Shown here in pieces: positions 40,469 through 51,107 of a stretch of 64,000 bases of DNA. The stretch is from the NCBI GenBank assembly GCA_030704615.1, contig CM060731.1, forward strand, positions 6,882,001 through 6,946,000. Direction: 5' to 3'. How positions within the stretch are numbered: the stretch's first letter is position 1; each line of letters opens with the position of its first letter. Made by a program: the position numbers and the translations under genes. Source of the DNA: Takakia lepidozioides (Eukaryota; Plantae; Bryophyta). The notes under the pieces are model-generated. The model worked only from the letters and a program-made list of their open reading frames with translations. It did no database searches and was not told the origin of the DNA.

Positions 40469-43370
40469 CCAGGGTATGCACGGCAGGGACGTGGGATGGA
40501 GGCTTTGGAGACCTATGAGCAAATGATGGGGGAAGCACATCGTGTTTGTGTGCATTTGCAATGCTTGTGCAAGCCTGGCAGCCCTGGAGAAAGGCAAGAG
40601 GTGCATGGGGATATCATCAAAGCTGGAATTGTGCCAAATGTCAATCTGAACACTGCCCTGGCAGCTTTGGAAAAGAGGAAAGAGGTCCATGGCGTCATCT
40701 TCAGAGCTGGAATTGTATCAAATGTCATTCTGAACAATACCCTGGTGAACATGTTTGCAAAATGTGGGTGCATCTAGGATGCAAAGGGAGTGTTCGACAC
40801 TATGGTTGAACGAGATGTGGTGTCGTGGAGTGCGATGCTTGCAGGGTATGCACGGCAGGGACGTGGGATGGAGGCTTTGGAGAGCTATGAGCAGATGATG
40901 GGGGAAGCACATCATGTTTGTGTGCATTTGCAATGTGCGTGCAAGCCTGGCAGCCCTGGAGAAGGGCAAGAGGTGCATAGGGATATCATCAAAGCTGGAA
41001 TTGTGCCAAATGTCAATCGAACACTGCCCTGGCAGCTTTGGAAATGGGGAAAGAGGTGCATGGCGACATCTTCATAGCTAGAATTGTACCAGATGACAAT
41101 CTGAACAATACCCTGGTGGACATGTTTGCAAAATGTGGGTGCATCTAGGATGCAAATGGAGTGTTCGACACTATGGCTGAACGACATGTGGTGTCGTGGA
41201 GTGCGATATGATGTGCTTGCAGGGTATGCACAGCAGGGATGTGGAATGGAGGCTTTGGAGAGCTATGAGCAAATGATGGGGGAAGCACATCATGTTTGTG
41301 TGCATTTGCAATGCTTGTGCAAGTCTTGCAGCCGGCTTGGAGAAGGGCAAAGAGGTGCATGGGGATGTCATCAAAGCTGGAATTGTACCAAATGTGAATC
41401 TGAGCACTGCCCTGGCAGCTCTGGAAAAGGGGAAAGAGGTCCATGGCGACATCTTCAGAGCTGGAATTGTACCAAATGTTAGTCTGAACCATACCCTGGT
41501 GGACATGTATGCGAAATGTGGGTGCATCGAGCCTGGACGAGGGCAAAGAGGTGCATGGGGTATCATCAAAGCTGGAATTGTACCAAATGTCATTATGAAC
41601 ACTGCCCTGGCAGCTCTGGAAAAAGGGGAAAGAGGTCCATGGCGACATCTTCAGAGCTGGAATTGTACCAAATGTCATTTTGAACCATACCCTGGTGGAC
41701 ATTTATGCAAAATGTGGGTGCATCGAGCCTGGACGAGGGCAAAGCGGTGCATGGGGTACCATCAAAGCTGGAATTGTACCAAATGTCATTATGAACACTG
41801 CCCTGGCAGCTTTGGAAAAAGGGGAAAGAGGTCCATGGCGACATCTTCAGAGCTGGAATTGTACCAAATGTCATTCTGAACCATACCCTGGTGGACATTT
41901 ATGCAAAATGTGGGTGCATCAAGCCTGGACAAGGGCAAAGCGGTGCGTGGGGTATCATCAAAGCTGGAATTGTACCAAATGTCATTATGAACACTGCCCT
42001 GGCAGCTCTGGAAAAAGGGGAAAGAGGTCCATGGCGACATCTTCAGAGCTGGAATTGTACCAAATGTCATTCTGAACCATACCCTGGTGGACATGTTTGC
42101 AAAATGTGGGTGCAAAGGGATCTAGGATGCAAAGGGAGTGTTCGACACTATGGCTGAACGAGATGTGGTGTCGTGGAGTGCGATGCTGGTCCAGGGTATG
42201 CACGGCAGGGACGTGGGATGGAGGCTTTGGAGATCTATGAGCAAAGGATGGGGAAGCTCATCATGTTTGTGTGCATTTGCAATTCTTGTGCAAGCCTGGC
42301 AGCCCTGGAGAAGGGCAAGAGGTGCATGGGGATATCATCAAAGCTAGAGTTGTACCAAATGTCAATCTGAACACTGCCCTGGCAGCTTTGGAAAAGGGGA
42401 AAGAGGTCCATGGGGACATCTTTAGAGTTGGAATTGTACCAGATGTCATTCTGAACAATACCCTGGTGAACATGTTTGCAAAATGTGGGTGCATCTAGGA
42501 TGCAAAGGGAGTGTTCGACACTATGGCTGAACGAGATGTGGTGTCGTGGAGTGCGATGTTTGCAGGGTATGCACGGCAGGGACGTGGGATGGAGGCTTTG
42601 GAGAGCTATGAGAAAATGATGGGGGAAGCACATCATGTTTGTGTGCATTTGCAATGCTTGTGCAAGCCTGACAGCCGGCCTGGAGAAGGGCAAGAGGTGC
42701 ATGGGGATATCATCAAAGCTGGAATTGTGCCAAATGTCAATCTAAACACTGCCCTGGCAGCTTAGGGGAAAGAGGTGCATGGCGACATCTTCAGAGTTAT
42801 TATTGTACCAGATGTCATTCTGAACAAAACCCTGGAGAACATGTTTGACAAAATGTGGGTGCATCTAGGATGCAAAGGGAGTGTTCGACACTATGGCTGA
42901 ACGAGATGTGGTGTCGTGGAGTGCGATGCTTGCATGGTATGCACGGCAGGGACGTGGGATGGAGGCTTTGGAGAGCTATGAGCAAATGATGGGGGAAGCA
43001 CATCATGTTTGTGTGCATTTGCAATGCTTGTGCAAGCCTGGCAGCCGGCCTGGAGAAGGGCAAGAGGTGCATGGGGATATCATCAAAGCTGGAATTGTGC
43101 CAAATGTCAATCTAAACACTGCCCTGGCAGCTTAGGGGAAAGAGGTCCATGGCGACATCTTCAGAGTTGGAATTGTACCAGATGTCATCCTGAACAAAAC
43201 CCTGGTGAACATGTTTGCAAAATGTGGGTGCATCTAGGATGCAAAGGGAGTGTTCGACATTATGGCTGAACGAGATGTGGTGTCGTGGAGTGCGATGCTT
43301 GCATGGTATGCACGGCAGGGACGTGGGATGGAGGCTTTGGAGAGCTATGAGCAAATGATGGGGGAAGGGG
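40469..43370 (+). repeat. Tandem array of a captured PLS-class PPR fragment (~370-bp and ~196-bp units), pseudogenic
   Basis: Repeated [67 protein letters not shown]. A shared TAG occurs at 40775, 41146, 42123, 42496, 42866 and 43235; 196-bp units start at ~41529, 41724 and 41920. Confidence 0.92.
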
Positions 43371-43986
43371 GGGCACCTTCTTCAATAGCACAATGGCTAC
43401 GAGTGGGTAGATGGTCAACTAGAAACAGCAATGGCAGCAGCGCAATTGATAGAACAAGGCCCACAGCTAATGAAGGTACCTTCTTCAACATATTTCACCC
43501 TGAATTCCCCTGCTATCAGAGTCATCCCTAAGTATCCAAAAACAGGTAACAGATATGAGAAGAAGCTGTGGGATGAATACTTTTCTGACCCCAGTAACTG
43601 GTGGGACAACCGAGGCAAAAAGGTGAATGCCTGTCAGATTACAGAGTGCAGCAGATGCAATTGACCACAGGAACTAGTGTGATAAGTTGAGTTGGGTGCA
43701 ATTGCACTCTCCCTTTCCTCCATGCTTCTGTTTGCTATTCAAATGTAGGATTCCTGCCCTTAGTTTAAATTTCAGTCTGGTGCCGAGAGTGGGTAGACCC
43801 TTGAGGTCATCCATGATGTCCTCCCCCATGTCACAGACTGGAAACAAGTCCAGGGAAGTTTTCTACCTAACTTCATTTTCATCAGACAATTTTTTGGAAA
43901 CGGAATGGCTTTGGACACTACAGCCTCTAAGTCAGTAGGGTCGGGGCATTTGTTGGAACAATTCTAAAAGGAGAATGTTTGTCAGA

Positions 43987-44590
43987 TTACCAGATGTCAT
44001 TCTGAACACTGCCCCTGCCCTGGTGGACATGTATGCCAAATGTGGGTGCATCGAGGATGCCAAGGGAGTGTTCAACACTATGGCTGAATGAGATGTGGTG
44101 TCGTGGAGTGCGATGCTTGCGGGGTATGCACAGCAGGGGTGCGGGATGGAGGCTCCAACCTATGAGCAAATGATGGGGGAAGGGGTGAAGCCCGCCGACA
44201 TAAGGTTTGTGTGTGTTTGCAGTGTGTCTGGCAGCCCTGGAAAAGGGCAAAGAGATCCCTGGTGACATGATCAAATCTGCAATTGTTCCAGATGTCATCC
44301 TGAACATTGCTCTGGTGGCCATGTATGCCAAATATGGTAGCATTGAGGATGCCAAGGGAGTGTTCAACACTATGGCTGAATGAGATGTGGTGTTGTGGAA
44401 TGTGATGTTTGCAGGGTGTGCAGAGCAGGGGCGCTATATGGGGCTTTGGAGACCTGAAAGCAAATGATGGGGGAAGGGGTGAAGTTCGACCACATCATGT
44501 TTGTGTGCGTTTGCAGTGCGTGTGCAAGCCTGGCAGCCCTGGAAAAGGGCATCGGAGGTGCATGGTTGCATCACCAAAGCTGGAAATGTA
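43987..44590 (+). pseudogene. More diverged PLS-class PPR fragment
   Basis: [39 protein letters not shown]...MMGEGVK...[17 protein letters not shown], with stops and frameshifts. Confidence 0.85.
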
Positions 44591-45594
44591 CTAGATGGAT
44601 CAATAGCTACAAGAAACCTGCATGGGTAGATGGTGACTGGTCAACTAGAAGCCGCAGCAGCAGCGGCACAATGATAAACTCAGGCACAGGTAATGAAATC
44701 ACCTTCTTCAACACATTTCACCCTGTTTTTCCCTCTTATCAGAATCGGCCCTAAATTTTCAGGTTGAATTCTGTAAGTTAGCTGGTTGAGTGAGCCTTTG
44801 ATAGTTTGGAGTGACTTTGACATGGTACTGCCAATGTGACAACAGGGAAATATCCAAAAATAGGTAACAGCTGAGACGAGGAGAAGCTGTGGAATGAATA
44901 CTTTTCTGACCCCAGTCAATGGTGGGACAACCGAGGTAAGAACTTCATGAACTTAAGGCATGAGTGGCTGATTGTTTCATTTTGAACCTGATATGCTTTG
45001 AGCCTGGTTCCGGAGATTTATCTCCAGACCTGCAATCTGCTTTTGTGATGAGTTTACAATCTGCATATATGGTGGTAAATGTTATATATCAAACCAAGGT
45101 TCTTTCCTAAATGTGAATGACCTGGAAACCTTGTTAGAAAGATGAATGGCTTACGAATTGGACTATGTATGGCTTGACCCATGGATTAAATTTCAAAGGG
45201 TTAGAACATGTGTTAGGGTTTTAATACTGAATGGATGTGGGACATTGCTAGGGCGCCAGAGCATGACATTCCATGCATTCACGCCATTGGATGCCAAACT
45301 TTTTTTGGCACGTTGGACCAAGGTTTGTATGCATTCACGAACTGCCGACCTTGCTCGTTGCCCGGTTGACCTTATTTTCCATAATTGCTAACTTTGTGGG
45401 GTGGAGGGGCTTGTGTTAGGCTACAACTGGAGGCACCTCTCCATGCAACAGCTTTCGTACTAGAGGTGAGCATGCATGCACCTGTTGGCTATCAGTTCTG
45501 TACAATGTGGCCATTTACATGTTGGGTACTTCAAACTATTAGTAGATGCATTGCTAAATGTAACTGCTAAGGGGTGTTGGGCGTGATTTTGCAG

Positions 45595-46099
45595 GCTGAG
45601 AAAGCCACTCTTGAGATTGCCACCGTCAGTGCACCAACTACGGCGCCTTCAAAGGCAACCCCCAAATATCAACCCCCTGCCACAGTGGCAGATATTCTTA
45701 TGCTACCAAAAGTACTTTGCACTTTGAGTGATTGCTTATACTGGACGGTCCTCATTATCTAGTTTTCAATGTACATGTAAGTCTTCATGGGTTGATTAAT
45801 GTGGGTTTTATGGTGGGTGTTGTGTGCAGTTTAAGTTGAAGGATAAAATCAGCCTGTATGATCCTCATTTACCACGACACAGGGCTGCTAGTGGAATTGT
45901 CACTAGTGTGCCTGGCAAAGACACATATCACTGCCGTGTTATACCTGAAGGATTGTGGCGGGTTGAGGTGAATGATATCTATATTGCCAATTGTGTCTTG
46001 CCTCACCCTAACGAGAAAGAGGTCCCACCGCAAACAATGTTGGAGGATGTCGTCGATCTGAATTGTCTTTGGCCAGAGAAGAACATGAAGAGGGCTTAG
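45595..46099 (+). pseudogene. 3' exons of a CACTA TnpA/Tnp1-type accessory protein
   Basis: AASGIV...YHCRVIPEGLWRVEV..IY...LPHP...TMLEDVV..NCLWP matches the H...IP...RV.V...LP.P...L.D.....W pattern of En/Spm accessory-protein C-termini. Confidence 0.65.
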
Positions 46100-47356
46100 A
46101 TTTTGTTCGCCCGGGCATAGACATTGCTGGCAGTGAGAAGAAGGCAGGAAAGCAGTTCAGTGTTCCTAGCATGCATGTGGAGACGCCGTGTAGAAGTTAG
46201 GCTCAGACTTTTATCATGGCTGGATTTTGTTGACAGTGTTCCAACACTTAACTCTCTGGGATTCTAGTCTATTTTGTGGAGCTTGAATCCCCAATGGTAC
46301 TTCTTTCACTACACTAGTGGTATGTGTTCCTCTAGTCATGTTCATAATCACTTGCACATCACTGTAATAGTGGTATAATTTAAAACTGTGGGAGTAGCCA
46401 AATGCACACAATTGCCTACATTACCACTCAGATAGTGGTATAAGTAGCCATATATATATTACTGTACTAGTGGTATGAATTCCTCCAGTGGTATTCCTAA
46501 TCACTTACACACCACTCTGTTAGTAATCACTCCAATCCATAGTTCCCACTCAGAGAGACACCATGAATGACTCAAATAGCTTACACACCACTCTGTGGGT
46601 AATCATTCCAATGACCTGCTGAGAGACGTCATCCACTCACATAACCACTCTTTGAGTAATATTGTATATTCTTCGTTTTCATAGAATGACTCTATGAGTC
46701 ATTTTGTGATCACTCAACAAGTGGTTTCGGAAGTCATTGAATTTCACTCCATCCATTTCGTAGCACTGACACACGACACGTGTCCATGCTGAGAGTGTCG
46801 CCACGTGTCGACATAATCTCCAATATCATCCACGGACCACCGGCTTACACGTCTCCACTACAAAACGGAAGTGGTTACTTTACCACTCTGACACATCATA
46901 AGTGGTTGGTTTACCTCAGTGACACGTCATTGACATGTCACAGTGGTTAATTTACCACTGTGACACGTCAGATATTAGGTGGACCCGGACGTGAGTGGTT
47001 CGAACCACTGTCCTTAACCACCGGTGCCACGTAATGTCTTTTACCACTCACTTGTCCTAATGCACTGGTTCTTCATCACTCTGAGGCCAGAGTGGTTTAG
47101 TGTCTTTTACCACTCAAAATGAGTGGTTAACAGAGTGGTTATTCCGCGTTTTTCTTCTAGTGTCTTGTAGTGTGATTGGAGACTGGTACAGCAGACTGGT
47201 TCAGACGTCACAAGACTGGTTCAGCAGACTGGTTCAGACGACATCCCGACTGGTTCAAAGACAAACTGAAAGTCTTGTGCACATGCAATCGTACTGCAAA
47301 ATTTTTATTTATTTCATCGGGAGAATGATCGCGTAGCATTTCCTACATTTTAAACT

Positions 47357-48150
47357 CTACTTTACAACTGGTATATGGTCTGCAATCCTCCGGATTGTGG
47401 TGTATATGTGTGCTGCAGGTGTTGGGGCACCAACCCTCTTCCCTATTTTGCGCAAGACTCTGGGTCGCGTTTTCCATGCCTCAATGAAATCTCGTTTCTT
47501 TTTCAAAGTCATATTGTTGTTGTCATTTACAGGACGGAAGCTCTTTGCTGCCGTAGGGTGCAACATTCATGCAGCACTCTTGGCGAGAATATCAATAAGC
47601 CGCCCCCTACAGATTCGAAGAGAAGACAACACATGTTTCTCCGATTTGTCGTCACCAACAATGCGAAGTATGTCTGCAAATTCTTCGTCCATGGAGGATG
47701 GTACGAGGACAGGCTCCACGTCATAGGGGAAGTCATCTGTGGAAGGGCCGTCTATTGCATTTGCCAAACCGTCTTTGTCGCCGCCACTTGCATGAACCCT
47801 GAATACATTAATGGTTCCCAGCGCCGTGCCACAAGTGCGCACTATGAGTCCATCCTGCAAGTGTGGATGAAGCAACTTCATGACTCGGACTTGATGTTTG
47901 CACAAATTGCCCTTCATTGCCCATAGGCAAGTGCAAGAAGCCCATTCACATCTGGGGTTGTAAACAATGTAAGTTGTGTTTGGGTGATTGGTGCTTAGAA
48001 CATAGGCTGGTTGCCCAGGATGGAACGGAAGAGTGACATTGCAAGCTGGAATGTCACGTGCCGCAAGCACAAAATTGGACATGTACTTCTCATGTTTGTC
48101 TTTCCTTATGAATCTATGCGTCTTCAGGTGAATTGCATACCAGTAGTATG
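47357..48150 (-). pseudogene. SWIM zinc-finger C-terminal part of a Mutator-like transposase, 5'-interrupted
   Basis: YIVYNPRCEWASCTCLWAMKGNLCKHQVRV (CxC...CxH SWIM). Coding similarity stops abruptly near 48150. Confidence 0.8.
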
Positions 48151-48642
48151 TTAGCACCAGCGCTTCTTTTTTAGGCAAAATGGAGCCTAAAAGCGATAAA
48201 AAACAAAAGGGCTGCGACCCTATGTAAAATCCTGGGAAAAAAAACAAAAAATGCGCCAAAAAATAGGGGCGCGCGCACGGGTTGGTGCCAGAAAGCTACA
48301 GGGGAACATGCGTGTTGCGCCAGAAATACACGTTCCCCACAGCCCTACATCTAGCGGCTGTCGCCCCATTGCGCGATCAACGGTGGAGATCTCGCCATGG
48401 AGCACGACCTGGACCCTTGCTATTTGAAATTGAGGCTATGGTTTTTGCTGGCCATCCTTGGACTTCTTTGATTAATTATTTTAGATTTCAGATTGTGAGT
48501 GGGCTCAAATCGCCATATTGCATGCAAATGAAATAGCATTTAGCCAGTTGATTTTTAGCTAAGCATCTATGTCATCGCCATCTATGCACTTAGTCTTCAA
48601 ATTTTGTAGCCATCTACGCTTCTTAGCCAAAATGAAAAAAAA

Positions 48643-50052
48643 CACTACAAGAGATGAGCGTTTTTAGGACTACTGCATTTGCGGAGTCATAAAAACGGCA
48701 CTAGGTACACGACTACAGAACGCTGAAATGCGTTGTAGTCATAGTTTTATCACTCTGTAGTAATGGATATCACTACATGACTCCGGAAAGGTAGGGAGCA
48801 TTGGTCAAACATTGTTGACCACGATGACAAGGATGGCTTATATGACTTGCGTCATATGGAGGACTACACGTGGATGAATTTTCCTAGAATCGTATGACTT
48901 CATGACTGAATATGGTTTCGCAGCTCTAGTTATACGATTGCATCACTACACGTGTCATTTTGAAGGCACATACACGAATGTATTTATCCATTGGGTAAGT
49001 TCATTCATCAATGATCAAAGTGCAAAAGGTTAAAACAATTCAAAATATAGGGTTGCCCACAGAGGGTTGGGACTTGGCCTCCTTTTGGGCTTTTTTTTTG
49101 GTCTCCCGCCACACCATATGTTTTCTAAGTATCCACGAGCCTAGAGCATGGAACACGATGATTGCAGGATGTGTAGGGGCGTGGGATGGAGGCTTTGCAG
49201 ACCTATTTTTGAGCAAATGATGCAGGAAGGGGCGAGGATAGACACTGCGAGGATATGCACAGCGTGGAGGTGGTATAGAGGGTTCGGAGACATATAGCAA
49301 GTAATGCGGGAAGGGGTGAAGCCGGACCGGGTCATGTTCGTTTGTGTGTGCAATGCGTGTGCCAGCCTGGCAGCCCTAGGAAAGGGTAAAAGGTCCATGG
49401 TGCCATTGTCAAATTTGGAATTGTTCCCGATGTCATTATGAACAATACCCTCATGGACAATGTGGCAGTATTGAGGATACAAAGGGAGTGTTTGAGAATA
49501 TGGCTGAACGAAATGTCGTGTCCTAGAGTGCGATGTTCGCGGGATATGCACAGCAGGGATGCGGGATGGAGGCATTGGAGACCTATGAGCAAATGATGTG
49601 GGAAGGGGTAAAGGCAGACTTGGTCACATTCGTTTGTAGATGCAATGCCTGTACGAGCCTGATTCTTCTTCGACCTGTTTCAGCCTGTTTTGCCCTCTCA
49701 TCAGACTCGGCCCTGGATTGTTCGGCGAAGCAGAGCTGGCATGAGTTTTTACAGGACATTACGTTATTTCTTGAGCAGAGTTTGGAGTTCGTTGTTCCTC
49801 AAAGTGTAAAGCCCAATGGAGCCCAAAACAACTTGCGCGTGAATGTTGTTGAAAGCTCACTAGCACCCCTCAGTAATGACAATGTCAACATGTTGAGGCT
49901 GTCGGATTTTTGATCACAAAACTCTACCTTGGAGCATGGAGCAGAGCTGGCATGAGTTTTTTAAAGATCCTTCATGATGGTGGGAGAACCGCAATCGCAA
50001 GGTTTGCCTTTTTCTCAATGTATGATGCGAAGAAGTTTGTCCATCCTGCAAA
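48643..50052 (+). mobile_element. CACTA left part, family C (CACTACAAGAGATG), with captured PPR/OSB-motif fragments
   Basis: CACTACAAGA at 48643, ACTAC/ATGAC subterminal motifs to ~48960 and a degraded PPR at 49140-49660. 49930-50052 is homologous to ~40090-40213. Confidence 0.75.
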
Positions 50053-51107
50053 CAAGGATGCCTCGGCGTGAGCCTGGTCACGTGAGCGCGTGAGCGCAAC
50101 TGCGCTCACGCCACGTCACCTTGCGCCAATGCCACATCACGGGGCTCACTCCACGTCATCACACTTGAAGGCCACGTCACCACGCGCCCAGGAAGAAGTG
50201 GAGTGTATTCCCGCGGATTGGCACCCTTTACCGCGGAAACAAGTTGGACGACATAATAAAAGGCAGTGGTCATTCCCACCTGAAAGCAACAGATGAATAA
50301 AGGATGGATGAATGTACAGTTGGATGATAAACAGATGGATGAGTGTGAAAAATGAATGTAGATGAATGAATGAGGGATGGATAAGAGTCAAATGGATGAA
50401 TGTATAATGGATGTTGAACAATGGAAAACATTCATGACAGGAAAATGCATGACTAAAACTTTAGACGAATGCACAACGTATATGACATGAGTGTGGTAGG
50501 TTTGTGGGGTGGATTAAAGAGTACAGAGGATGAATGTACAATGGATGTTGAACAAAGGAAAACATTCATGAATGGAGCATGCATGAATACACTGTAGATG
50601 AAAGCACAATGGATATGACAAGAGTGAGGGAGGTTTGTGAGATGGATTAATACATATTGCAATTTAAATGGTAGTTGATTCTTTGATTATTTTTCTTTCC
50701 AAAGGAACAACTACGGTGGAGGAAGGGGATTCAACGTTTTCCAAAGAGGATGAAACAGAATATCAAAAGAACATAGTTCAGTCTGACTCAGACTCAGTAC
50801 AATGTATCCCGGCTTCCTCTGCATCTAAGTCTAAGTATTTAAGAACTCCGGATCTTAGCTGGCTACACCTACGGCCGGGCAGTAAAAAGTCAGGGGATAG
50901 GGACTCGGCCGCGTGAAGTGACATTGCTTCGGCATAATCAGGAAGCAGAAAATTGGAAAGGGGGTTGTCGAAAATAGACTCGTCACAAATGACTGTATCT
51001 CCTGAAGATCCACCGCTGCCTTTCCTGAAAGACAGCCTGAAAAAGTTATTACTGTAACTTTGATGTTATTGAGAAATTGAGTATGGCTCCCAAAGTGGGT
51101 TTAGCAC

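Larger units (their letters stand above)
37741..47162. mobile_element. Non-autonomous CACTA (En/Spm) element, family B, carrying captured PPR fragments
   Basis: Left GAAGAAAAACATGGAATAACCAC (lacking the CACTA pentamer) is inverted to right GTGGTTATTCCGCGTTTTTCTTCTAGTG. Dense ACCACT/AGTGGT subterminal motifs at both ends; internal transposase remnants. Confidence 0.88.
28980..48150. mobile_element. Large decayed Mutator-like element with ULP1 and SWIM genes, interrupted by a CACTA block at 37154-47172
   Basis: GC-rich left terminal region at ~29040-29160. The same GACTGGTTCAG motif occurs on both sides of the CACTA block. ULP1 (+) and SWIM (-) remnants are convergent. Boundaries are approximate and no TIR pair was found in the window. 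Confidence 0.65.

Noticed and set aside
40469-44590. Functional PPR editing-factor gene
   Set aside because: Shared stops and frameshifts, near-identical units, no E/DYW domain, and it lies within CACTA termini.
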